NCBI GenBank assembly: GCA_046542355.1
Contig: JBKHBN010000002.1
Coordinates: forward strand, 36,153-100,152
Origin: Alphaproteobacteria bacterium
GTDB taxonomy: Bacteria > Pseudomonadota > Alphaproteobacteria > Micavibrionales > Micavibrionaceae
Reading direction: 5' to 3'
DNA length: 64,000 nt
Of the stretch, positions 25,001 to 32,695 are shown one piece after another; position 1 is the first letter of the stretch, and each line of letters opens with the position of its first letter. The notes below the pieces were generated by a model, which was not told where the DNA came from, ran no database searches, and was given only the letters and a program-made list of their open reading frames with translations. The translations under genes were made by a program, and so were the position numbers.

Positions 25001-25243
25001 ATTTTAAGCCGCGCAATCGCACTCAACCTCGATAACGATACGATCGCCCTGGCCAATATGCGTGAAAAATTCACAGGCAGAATGGTAGAGGCCAACCGTG
25101 ACAAAGCGCGCCAGTTTGAGCTTATTACCCGCAAGCAAAGCCCGGTTATGTTGGATGATCGTGATACGCTCATGTCCGCAGTGGCAGAAGTTGATCTCTT
25201 TCAAGAGTTCCTTGAGAGCTACCGCAATTCACAAACCAATTAG
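22079..25243 (+). CDS. Large secreted protein: AMIN-like N-terminal domain, charged/Pro-rich linker, TPR-like helical repeats
   Basis: Signal peptide (MKKFFFFVSLCLSLTLFAPLCMA). The AMIN-like pattern is ELRIGMHSEYARLVFGW...LTIEF...RVTFRIPQGS...KRVVVDVY. The long C-terminal helical region has TPR-like periodicity (AEALGYFEYA, YELGNAYFKDKKFVKGL). Embedded between motB and fliP. Confidence 0.5.
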   Translation: MKKFFFFVSLCLSLTLFAPLCMAQNGIELRIGMHSEYARLVFGWPEKTTYTIKEQAGTLTIEFADGGTLDTSQADLQALPEITDIEEISQDPLRVTFRIPQGSRLRDFSIGKRVVVDVYLPQDVLRQKKAATPPQEEVSDAPEPRKKPAQLQAQNKVEQNPVPLNSSMTQKEQPATKEQPEEKKAEEIITEPLPKPKIALVTERLEQARKRKDERWAQSANETQTNQQADSKQEQAPQYPPEVARAIEDKHHVVSFRGTQELSLAAYIEGGVLWIAVLGANDINFPSLLSPTPEIFSKIERFYDGDGFDLYRVRLPDQEHGSFYTKAIGGALAWDIIMGDKVRETKPVEPRREISTTKGARGGKVIWPLELLSDIVEFPDPVYGRKLFIVTVKNANQLSGAARHFVDFDVLHSPVGMVIRPKVDDLQVRIIEEGVEISRPGAGLSVGLPKDIEAIELYEKNKKERIKAKAWLTAKESIFFQFDEWKLGSGEALPRYEMVLLSAMHGHQQDIFVQELLKLGKMFLAHGRAAEALGYFEYARSVFPALGAGTEFRLLRGAAKVLDWKNEEALADFAHQELEENEEVKLWRAFVLAGLEDWQQAASYLPEDYTPIYVYPDKIGLYLALVLVEINLRDGDVEQADELIRYIDTKQEKLKAPQRAALQYLKGEAARQRGEIEEAKNLWQGLTRDKDDLYRTKAGLALTMLLRQQNEISNKEAIDRLERLRYAWRGDGLEAQVNYELGNAYFKDKKFVKGLSIMREAATTAKNMEALAERIAGNMARTYTDMFMTNELDNVSALDAVAVYDQFKELTPVGKEGDKLVQRLAEHLVKSDLLGKAGKLLRYQVDHRLRGKERLEIAIRLAAISLLDKAPQKALDALGKAGEALRHISDKEEIKQRQREIDLLKIRAYSQNGEYNKALSLIEKLPMDKIVNRLRADIAWKVGYWDVAAAALKEVLIDEDIRQGDMLTPQQVDLILSRAIALNLDNDTIALANMREKFTGRMVEANRDKARQFELITRKQSPVMLDDRDTLMSAVAEVDLFQEFLESYRNSQTN

Positions 25244-25246
25244 AAT

Positions 25247-26065
25247 CTAGCCGCCACCACCCAGAACGCCAAAACTCTGGATCAAAGAACCGGCAATCAG
25301 ATGCCAGCCATCAACCAGAACAAAGAAAATAATCTTGAAAGGCAGGGAGATCGTAACAGGAGGCAACATCATCATCCCCATTGACATCAAAATGGAAGCC
25401 GTCACCATATCAATGATTAAAAAGGGCAAAAACAGCATGAAGCCGATCTCGAACGCGCGCCTTAACTCTGAAATCATGAAAGAGGGGATAACAATTTGCA
25501 ATGGAATATCCATAGCATTGTCATAAGGGCCGCTCTCGCTTAACTCAATGAACAGCGTCAAATCCTGATCGCGCACGTGCTGAAGCATAAATTGCTTAAA
25601 GGGCGTGCTTGTGCGCTCAAAGGCCTGCATTTCATCTATTTCCTCATTGATCAGTGGAGAAATGCCGCTTTCATAGGCGCTATACAGGGTTGGCGACATG
25701 ATAAAAAAGGTCATGAACATGGCCAGAGAAATCAAAACTGAATTAGGCGGCGTTTGTTGCGCGCCAATAGCGGTACGCAAAAACGACAGTACAATGATGA
25801 TTCGCGTAAACGAAGTCATCATAATCAAAATGGACGGAGCCAGCGACAAAACGCTGAGCAAGGCGACAAGCTGGATAACGCGGCCACTGACCGTACCGTC
25901 GCCATTTTCACCCAGATCAATTGAAATATTCTGCGCAAGGGCAGGGGCGCTGCACACCAGAAAAACAAACAGCAAAACAGCCGCTTTAAACAATAAAGAG
26001 CGGCGGGAAAAGCCTGCTTCTGGGCGTCTGTAAACAGCGCACCTTTGATCTATATTTTGACACAT
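25247..26065 (-). CDS. fliP: Flagellar export apparatus protein FliP
   Basis: LSLAPSILIMMTSFTRIIIVLSFLRTAIGAQQTPPNSVLISLAMFMTFFIMSP and LPFKIIFFVLVDGW. Confidence 0.95.
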   Translation of the reverse strand: MCQNIDQRCAVYRRPEAGFSRRSLLFKAAVLLFVFLVCSAPALAQNISIDLGENGDGTVSGRVIQLVALLSVLSLAPSILIMMTSFTRIIIVLSFLRTAIGAQQTPPNSVLISLAMFMTFFIMSPTLYSAYESGISPLINEEIDEMQAFERTSTPFKQFMLQHVRDQDLTLFIELSESGPYDNAMDIPLQIVIPSFMISELRRAFEIGFMLFLPFLIIDMVTASILMSMGMMMLPPVTISLPFKIIFFVLVDGWHLIAGSLIQSFGVLGGGG

Positions 26066-26097
26066 AAAACCATCATAGCCTGAGAGCTGTAATCTTC

Positions 26098-26433
26098 TTA
26101 AGTGACTTCATGAGCTTTTGTCGATTCGTCCACAGGAGGAGCAGAAATATCGGCTTTTATAAGCGTTTCGTCATTGGCACCAAGAATGACTAAGTGTTGC
26201 ATCTCATCGCATTCAAGCAATACCACGCGCCTGCGCGCATCAAGGGGCAGGCTTTCAACAATGCGCAAACGCCGCTTGGCACTGCGAACAGAAGAGGTTT
26301 GCGCTGCAAGACCCAGCTTTTTAAGAAGCAGTGCAAGCCCGCCCATCAGCCCCAGAACAATGAATAACGCAAGCAAAAGCCTGACAAATTGTGACAATTC
26401 GGGCATAGCAAGGGCATCCATGAAAGAGCACAT
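26098..26433 (-). CDS. fliO: Flagellar biosynthesis protein FliO
   Basis: A single TM helix (LLLALFIVLGLMGGLALLLKKL) followed by RLRIVESLPLDARRRVVLLECDEMQHLVILG, the FliO pattern. Directly upstream of fliP. Confidence 0.7.
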   Translation of the reverse strand: MCSFMDALAMPELSQFVRLLLALFIVLGLMGGLALLLKKLGLAAQTSSVRSAKRRLRIVESLPLDARRRVVLLECDEMQHLVILGANDETLIKADISAPPVDESTKAHEVT

Positions 26434-26475
26434 CCTGTAAAAAAGAGTTTATGTGATGACACGCCCTAAAGCGTT

Positions 26476-26856
26476 TTACTCTTCAGGGGTATCATCAATT
26501 ATAACGCTGTCAAAGGGGTTTTTTTGCCCGTTGGCACGATAGACATAGTATAAAATCTCTCCCACCGCGACAAAAGCCTCGGTCGGGATAGGGCTATCAA
26601 GCTCAATAGAAGTAAGGAGCTCGGCCAGATTACTATCCTCACGCACAGCAATTCCATTATCAAAGGCAAGCTGCAAGATTTTCTCGGCCACATGCCCCCG
26701 CCCGGCAGCCGCGACCTTTGGCACTTTTTTGCCTCCTTCAGCGCCTTTTAAAGCAACAGCTGTCTTCTTATCAGGTATTTTTCTTATATTTAAACGGCTT
26801 AAGTCCTTATTAGCACCATCGGCAGCATGGTCATCGTGATATGTGGTCATTGGCAC
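26476..26856 (-). CDS. FlhB C-terminal-domain-like protein (EscU/YscU-family fragment homolog)
   Basis: VAAAGRGHVAEKILQLAFDNGIAVREDSNLAELLTSIELDSPIPTEAFVAVGEILYYVY matches the FlhB_C-like (YlqH-type) family, with no NPTH motif. The start is GTG at 26856 or ATG at 26850. Confidence 0.75.
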   Translation of the reverse strand: MPMTTYHDDHAADGANKDLSRLNIRKIPDKKTAVALKGAEGGKKVPKVAAAGRGHVAEKILQLAFDNGIAVREDSNLAELLTSIELDSPIPTEAFVAVGEILYYVYRANGQKNPFDSVIIDDTPEE

Positions 26857-26866
26857 ACTTCCTGCA
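26851..26866 (+). promoter_or_regulatory. sigma54 (-24/-12) promoter for flgB-flgC-fliE
   Basis: TGGCACACTTCCTGCA, which is TGGCAC-N5-CTGCA with GG-N10-GC spacing. It sits about 40 nt upstream of the flgB ATG and overlaps the start codon of the divergent flhB-C-like gene. Confidence 0.6.
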
Positions 26867-26885
26867 TGGATAAATTCGAAACAAG

Positions 26886-26913
26886 CTTATAGTAAGGCAG
26901 GAAAGCATGACAA
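26886..26913 (-). promoter_or_regulatory. sigma70-like promoter candidate (TTGTCA-N16-TATAAG) for the flhB-C-like/fliO/fliP operon
   Basis: On the minus strand, TTGTCA lies at 26913-26908 and TATAAG at 26891-26886. It overlaps the flgB start codon. Consensus match only. Confidence 0.3.
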
Positions 26914-27329
26914 CACAAGATATAGGTCTTTTTCAGGCATTATCCGCAAAAATGGATTATCTGAACCAGCGCCAAAGCGTGATTGCCCAGAACATAGCCA
27001 ATGCGGATACACCCGGATACCGCCCGCAGGATTTAGCCTCCGTTGATTTCTCCTCGTTGCTGGGGGCAAGTGCGCAAAGAGGGGCTTTGTCACTGCCAGA
27101 TGTCGGTGTGGTAAAAACCAACGCGCAACACATCTCCACAGGCGCAGGACAAAACGTTAAAGTGAATGATCAGAAAAGTACGTACGAGGTTGCACCGGCA
27201 GGAAATGCCGTTGTTATCGAAGAACAGCTCGTCAACGCATCACAAAACGTCATGGATTATAACCTGATGGTTAATGTCTATCAAAAGCAGGTAGGGCTTA
27301 TCCGCACGGCACTGGGGGTCGGTAGTTAG
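26907..27329 (+). CDS. flgB: Flagellar proximal rod protein FlgB
   Basis: LSAKMDYLNQRQSVIAQNIANADTPGYRPQDL. Confidence 0.9.
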   Translation: MTTQDIGLFQALSAKMDYLNQRQSVIAQNIANADTPGYRPQDLASVDFSSLLGASAQRGALSLPDVGVVKTNAQHISTGAGQNVKVNDQKSTYEVAPAGNAVVIEEQLVNASQNVMDYNLMVNVYQKQVGLIRTALGVGS

Positions 27330-27373
27330 AGCGTTTTGACATTGGGCACATAAGATTTTGAAAGGATAAAAGA

Positions 27374-27790
27374 ATGTCAGATATAATGAATGCACTCATA
27401 ATTTCATCCAACGGCATGCGGGCACAGGGCACGCGCATTCGCGTGGTTTCCGAGAACGTGGCCAACGCAGAGACAACCGGCCTGACACCCGGAGCAGATC
27501 CTTACACGCGCCAGACGGTAAGCTTTAAAAATGAGCTGGATCGTCAGTTAGGCGTGTCTCTTGTCGAGGTGGGTGATATCGGCACAGACACCTCCACACC
27601 CTATACTTTGGAATATAAACCCGATCATCCCGCAGCCGATGAAACGGGATATGTTAAAATGCCAAACGTCAATATGATGATGGAACTGATGGACATTCGC
27701 GAGGCGCAGCGCTCTTATGAAGCAAACCTTGGTATTATGGAGCAATCTCGCACAATGATTTCAAAGACAATCGATTTGCTTCGCGTCTAA
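27374..27790 (+). CDS. flgC: Flagellar rod protein FlgC
   Basis: ALIISSNGMRAQGTRIRVVSENVANAETTG... and MPNVNMMMELMDIREAQRSYEANL. Confidence 0.95.
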   Translation: MSDIMNALIISSNGMRAQGTRIRVVSENVANAETTGLTPGADPYTRQTVSFKNELDRQLGVSLVEVGDIGTDTSTPYTLEYKPDHPAADETGYVKMPNVNMMMELMDIREAQRSYEANLGIMEQSRTMISKTIDLLRV

Positions 27791-27835
27791 AGGCGCGCTA
27801 CAATAAAAAGGCGTGTGGAAAGGGAATGAACGATC

Positions 27836-28198
27836 ATGAGTATAAACGGTATTAACCCAAACGCAGCAATAGGTGCCTATTTGAACTCTCAACGCATTAC
27901 AGGCGGTGAGGGAGATGTAACGGTACAAAATGCGCTGGGCGGCACGCAGGGTCTTGGGGCGAATCAAAGCGCTGGTGAAACCAAATCCTTTTCAGATTTC
28001 CTTGAAAACCAGATTGAAACATCGCTCGATACCATGAAATATGGGGAGCAAATGGCCGCCAAAGCGGTAACCGGAGAGGCAGACCTGACCGATATCGTAC
28101 AGGCCGTAACGCAAGCCGAGATCACATTACAAACGGTCGTAACGGTACGTGACAAGATGATTTCCGCCTATCAGGACATTATACGTATGCAAATTTAG
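27836..28198 (+). CDS. fliE: Flagellar hook-basal body protein FliE
   Basis: FSDFLENQIE...GEADLTDIVQAVTQAEITLQTVVTVRDKMISAYQDIIRMQI. Confidence 0.85.
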   Translation: MSINGINPNAAIGAYLNSQRITGGEGDVTVQNALGGTQGLGANQSAGETKSFSDFLENQIETSLDTMKYGEQMAAKAVTGEADLTDIVQAVTQAEITLQTVVTVRDKMISAYQDIIRMQI

Positions 28199-28294
28199 GG
28201 AGCGTACCCATAAAATTTTTCCATTCTGGATAAGCGTGCAGAGCGCGGACATTCCCTGTTTTACCGAATCGTCTCTCCTGTTACTGTGCTATAT

Positions 28295-28561
28295 ATGAAC
28301 GAAGCAGAAATTATTGAAGTAACGCGACAGGCTCTTATGCTGACCATCCAAATCAGCTTGCCTGTTATGCTGGTCGGATTGCTGGTCGGTGTGTCAATTG
28401 CACTGGTTCAGGCATTGACGCAGGTGCAGGAAATCACGCTGGTCTTTGTTCCCAAGATTGTTGCGATCTTGTTTTCGCTATTTTTATTTCTGCCATGGAT
28501 GGGGCAATCGCTGGTTATCTTTATGCAGATGCTGGCAGACCGTATCGTAGCCGGAGGATAG
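28295..28561 (+). CDS. fliQ: Flagellar export apparatus protein FliQ
   Basis: 88 aa from the ATG at 28295: MNEAEIIEVTRQALMLTIQISLPVMLVGLLVGVSIALVQALTQVQEITLVFVPKI. The track ORF starts 9 nt earlier at a GTG. Confidence 0.9.
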   Translation: MNEAEIIEVTRQALMLTIQISLPVMLVGLLVGVSIALVQALTQVQEITLVFVPKIVAILFSLFLFLPWMGQSLVIFMQMLADRIVAGG

Positions 28562-28565
28562 CACC

Positions 28566-29360
28566 ATGCAAAGCGCGCTGGAGGCATTCCTGACAAGCGG
28601 CGTTCTGGCCTTTATGCTTACCTTTATGCGCATCGGCACAGCCGCCATGATCATGCCTGGCATAGGGGATTCTTTCATCAACGCGCGCGTTCGTTTGCAT
28701 ATAGCACTGGCACTGTCTCTCGTTCTCACGCCCCTTGTGATGGTTTATATTCCCTCACCTGTGCCACCCACCATAGCTTTGATACAATTAATCGTCATGG
28801 AAATGATTATCGGCCTGATGATTGGAACGGTTGCCCGCATTTTTATCGTCGCGCTGGACACAGCCGGAATGGTCATTTCTGCGCAATCAGGATTGGCCAA
28901 CGCTCAGGTTTTCAATCCCACGCAAGCCACGCAAGGCTCCTTGATTGGTTCACTATTATCAATGGTTGGCGCTGTATTGGTATTCGCGGCCAATTTACAC
29001 CACTTGCTGATCATGGGGCTGATTGAGAGCTACCAGATGTTTCCCATGGGCACGATACCGGATTTCGGATCAATGGCCGAGCTTATAGCCAGAGCGGTCT
29101 CCGCGAGTTTTTCAATCGGGGTGAAACTGGCCGCACCTTTTATTGTCCTGACATTACTGATATATACCGGTATGGGAGTTCTCACCCGCCTGATGCCGCA
29201 GGTGCAGGTTTTCCTCATTGCTGTTCCGGCACAAATACTGCTGGCACTTATCTTGCTAGGGCTGGTCATAGCAGCATTATTCTCGGTGTGGCTGCAAGAT
29301 TACCGCTCCGCAATGTTCTTCTTTTTCTCCAGCGCTGCCAGTACGCCGGCGCCGGGATAA
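28566..29360 (+). CDS. fliR: Flagellar export apparatus protein FliR
   Basis: A polytopic membrane protein with FMLTFMRIGTAAMIMPGIG... and MFPMG motifs. It sits in the position after fliQ. Confidence 0.9.
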   Translation: MQSALEAFLTSGVLAFMLTFMRIGTAAMIMPGIGDSFINARVRLHIALALSLVLTPLVMVYIPSPVPPTIALIQLIVMEMIIGLMIGTVARIFIVALDTAGMVISAQSGLANAQVFNPTQATQGSLIGSLLSMVGAVLVFAANLHHLLIMGLIESYQMFPMGTIPDFGSMAELIARAVSASFSIGVKLAAPFIVLTLLIYTGMGVLTRLMPQVQVFLIAVPAQILLALILLGLVIAALFSVWLQDYRSAMFFFFSSAASTPAPG

Positions 29361-29387
29361 AAGCCATAACAGGAAAGAGGGTACGAT

Positions 29388-30461
29388 ATGGCCGAAGATC
29401 AAACCGATGATTCCCAGAAAACCGAAGACCCCACCCCCAAGAAACTGGAGGAGGCACGCAAACGCGGGCAGGTGGCTCTTTCAAGAGAGGTTAATAACTG
29501 GGTCATGATTTGTGCGGCAACCATTTTGGTCATTGCTTTGGCAGGCTCGATGTTTACCCAGCTTAAAGAGACAATGGCTCTTTATATCGAGCAGGCACAT
29601 GCTTTGCCGCAAGCACCCGGAGGTCTGGGGATTGTACTTGGCGGAGCAACGAAAAAAGTCATGTCGATTATGATCCTGCCGTTTCTGGTTTTGCTGGTAG
29701 CGGCATTTCTCGCTCCTTTTTTGCAGGTCGGCCCGTTATTTGCCCCCGAAGTTATAAAACCGGATTTTAAAAAAATATCGCCCATAAGCGGATTTTCCAG
29801 ATTATTTTCACTGCGCTCACTCATGGAGTTTGCCAAGGGAGTTGCAAAGATCACTATCGTGGGGGCAGTCGCCACTGCGGTATTGTATCCCTATCTGGGA
29901 CAATTCGAGCATTTGATCGATCTGCCGATGATTATGGTGCTTGATGAGCTTAGATTTATGGTGATACGGATGCTGATCGGCATTTTGATTGTCCTTGCCA
30001 TTATTGCGGGCATAGATCTCGTATATCAGCGCTACGAATACAATAAAAAGATGCGCATGAGCCGTCAGGAAGTGCGCGACGAGTATAAGCAATCCGAAGG
30101 TGATCCGCACATAAAAGGGAAATTACGCCAGCTACGACTGGAAAGAGCGCGCAGGCGCATGATGCAAGCCGTGCCAACCGCGGATGTGGTCATCACCAAC
30201 CCGACTCACTACTCAATTGCTCTGAAATATGACCCGCAGGAAAGCCCCGCGCCGATAGTTGTGGCCAAGGGAATCAATGAAACAGCTTTGCGTATTCGTG
30301 AGATTGCCAAGGAAAATGATATTATTCTCTATGAAGACAAGCCTCTGGCTCGCGCACTATATGATGCTGTCGAACTTGAAGACATGATCCCCGTTGAATA
30401 TTTCAAGGCGGTTGCTGAGATCATATCCTACGTCTTCAAGCTCAAAGGCAAGATGAAATAA
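29388..30461 (+). CDS. flhB: Flagellar export switch protein FlhB
   Basis: QKTEDPTPKKLEEARKRGQVALSREV..., the autocleavage motif NPTHYSIALKY, and VVAKGINETALRIREIAKENDIILYEDKPLARAL. Confidence 0.95.
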   Translation: MAEDQTDDSQKTEDPTPKKLEEARKRGQVALSREVNNWVMICAATILVIALAGSMFTQLKETMALYIEQAHALPQAPGGLGIVLGGATKKVMSIMILPFLVLLVAAFLAPFLQVGPLFAPEVIKPDFKKISPISGFSRLFSLRSLMEFAKGVAKITIVGAVATAVLYPYLGQFEHLIDLPMIMVLDELRFMVIRMLIGILIVLAIIAGIDLVYQRYEYNKKMRMSRQEVRDEYKQSEGDPHIKGKLRQLRLERARRRMMQAVPTADVVITNPTHYSIALKYDPQESPAPIVVAKGINETALRIREIAKENDIILYEDKPLARALYDAVELEDMIPVEYFKAVAEIISYVFKLKGKMK

Positions 30462-30480
30462 CAATATTTTTCAAATACTT

Positions 30481-30855
30481 CTACACATCAAATTCAGACA
30501 AGGATTTAAGGTTTTTGCGTAACTGAGCCTTGCGTATACGTTTTTTCAGGTCACGCTCCTCACGATCCCCTTGCTTGCGCAACGCCCAAATAGATAAAAC
30601 AGGCGGAATAAAAAACAGCATGGCCAAAAGCTGTTGGTCACCGTAACTCTCTTTAACAATAAAAGCGGCAAAGACAATCATAGCAATATTGGCGACATAG
30701 GCCAAAATGCGGACAGCGCAAGAGCCGCGCCATGGGAAAGAGCATGATTTCTTGCTTGAGGGGTCGTCATTCAATTGGCTTTCGGCAGTATTATTTGGCA
30801 TTATATCCTCCATAGTCTTGGTATCGCCATAACCCGTGCGGTTGTGATATAACAA
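30481..30855 (-). CDS. Hypothetical small membrane protein
   Basis: Two predicted TM helices (ILAYVANIAMIVFAAFIV and LLAMLFFIPPVLSIWAL). I recognise no family. Confidence 0.4.
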   Translation of the reverse strand: MLYHNRTGYGDTKTMEDIMPNNTAESQLNDDPSSKKSCSFPWRGSCAVRILAYVANIAMIVFAAFIVKESYGDQQLLAMLFFIPPVLSIWALRKQGDREERDLKKRIRKAQLRKNLKSLSEFDV

Positions 30856-30908
30856 TAGCGCATATTTGATATGGATAAAACCGGCCTTGAAATTAAAAGG
30901 ATAAACTG

Positions 30909-32609
30909 ATGATAAATCTTAATTTTCCCGTGCGCGCAGCTCTACTGGCGCTCATATGTATAATCTTTGTTTCGAGTTTTTCTGCACAAGCCTCGGAAAT
31001 AGAGGTCGATAGCCAGATAACAGCAGCGACAGTATATAATGATCGTGCAACGCTTACGCGCAAGGCGAAAGTAAAGTTGCCTGCCGGAGCGCAGACACTC
31101 ATTTTTAAAGGATTGCCGCTCAATATCTATACGGATTCGCTGCGCGCGCAAGGAACCTCTTCGGCCAATGTTATATTCGGAGCGCTGGAACATCGCCGCG
31201 AATCTTTTGAAGATTATATTGTGCCGCGCGAAAAAGAGCTAAACGCGCAAATTGAAAAGCTGGAAGATCAAAACAAGGCGCACAATGCGGAAAAAAGAGC
31301 GTTATCCTCCGCAAGAGAGTTCCTTGAGAATATAGGAAAGACAGCAGTTTTACGGGAAAATGAGCAAATCGCCAGACTTGAGCTTGACCCCGAATCATGG
31401 GCAGGTGCGGCAGAGGGGCTCTCGGCAAAACTGTCTGAAAATATGAAAGCAGCGCTCGCGCTGGACATAAAAATGCGTAACAACAAGGAAGAAATTGAAA
31501 AACTGCGCAATGAACTGCGGGGCTTACGCACAGGTCAAAAGCAAAGCTACGCAGTGAGCTTGCCCCTTGAAGCGGACAAAGCCACAACGCTGGACGTAGA
31601 GCTGGTTTATCAGATATCCAACGCAAGCTGGCAACCTGCCTATGATGCCCGCCTTGATGTTGGAAGCCAGGACCTTGAACTCATACAGTATGCTCAGGTG
31701 AACCAGAAAACAGGAGAGGACTGGGAAGATATTACATTAACGCTATCCACAGCCCGCCCCAGCCGCGGCGCCGGTCTGCCCGATCTTGCAACGCATTGGG
31801 TCTCACTTCATGAACAAAGAACATATGATAAAGCACGCGCTCAGATGTTCGGTGCAAACACAGCCGCATCAGGACACCCGCAAGCGGCAATGATGGAAAC
31901 TATGGCCATGGCAAACAGCGTCAATGAACAGGCAAGAGCGCCTAAGCGCGCGCGCTTTCAAACCGCCAGAATTGATACGCAAGGGTTCATTGGTCAATAT
32001 GTGATCCCCGGGCCGGTAGACGTCAAGGCCGATGGAACAAGGGCAAAAGTGCTGGTTGGCTCATTTGAGACTGACAATACGCTGGAGATACAAGTCAAAC
32101 CTCAATACGACACAAACGGATATCTAGTAGCAAAAGCAACATTAAAGGGGGAATCGCCCGCGCTTCCCGGCAAGGTCTCTCTGTTTCGTGACGGCGCATA
32201 TATCGGGCAAAGCCACACGGAAATGCTGCGTCCGGGCGATGAAACCGAGCTGGCTTTTGGCATTGATGACAATATTACTGTAACGCGCAATATGTTGACA
32301 GACAAGAAAAGCGAATCTGGCATGATCACGAAAAGCACAATTTTGGAGCGAAGCTTCACAACGCGCATCAAAAATCTGCATAAAAAGCCTGTATCTCTGG
32401 TTGTTCTGGAGACGATCCCTGTACCAAGAAACGAACGCATCGTCGTTGAAATTTTGGAAAACAAAACCACAAAAGGCTATGACCAAGATGTTGATGATGT
32501 TAAGGGATTGTTGCGCTGGAGCACAAAACTGCCCTCTAAAGAAGTGGCGGAAATTAATTTGGGCTGGAGCGTGTCATGGCCAAAAGATAGTGTGATATCT
32601 GGGCTGTAG
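30909..32609 (+). CDS. DUF4139/DUF4140 (MuiA-like) secreted protein
   Basis: Signal peptide, then ITAATVYNDRATLTRKAKVKLPAGAQTLIFKGLPLNIYTDSLRAQG, a central coiled coil, and a C-terminal beta-rich region, as in the TIGR02231-type family. Confidence 0.7.
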   Translation: MINLNFPVRAALLALICIIFVSSFSAQASEIEVDSQITAATVYNDRATLTRKAKVKLPAGAQTLIFKGLPLNIYTDSLRAQGTSSANVIFGALEHRRESFEDYIVPREKELNAQIEKLEDQNKAHNAEKRALSSAREFLENIGKTAVLRENEQIARLELDPESWAGAAEGLSAKLSENMKAALALDIKMRNNKEEIEKLRNELRGLRTGQKQSYAVSLPLEADKATTLDVELVYQISNASWQPAYDARLDVGSQDLELIQYAQVNQKTGEDWEDITLTLSTARPSRGAGLPDLATHWVSLHEQRTYDKARAQMFGANTAASGHPQAAMMETMAMANSVNEQARAPKRARFQTARIDTQGFIGQYVIPGPVDVKADGTRAKVLVGSFETDNTLEIQVKPQYDTNGYLVAKATLKGESPALPGKVSLFRDGAYIGQSHTEMLRPGDETELAFGIDDNITVTRNMLTDKKSESGMITKSTILERSFTTRIKNLHKKPVSLVVLETIPVPRNERIVVEILENKTTKGYDQDVDDVKGLLRWSTKLPSKEVAEINLGWSVSWPKDSVISGL

Positions 32610-32695
32610 CAACCCGCGAGCCGACATGTTATAATGTCGCGCTGCCAACGAACGAGGCGGCGCTTACCCTTGCATGCCACGATAAAGATGCTCCA

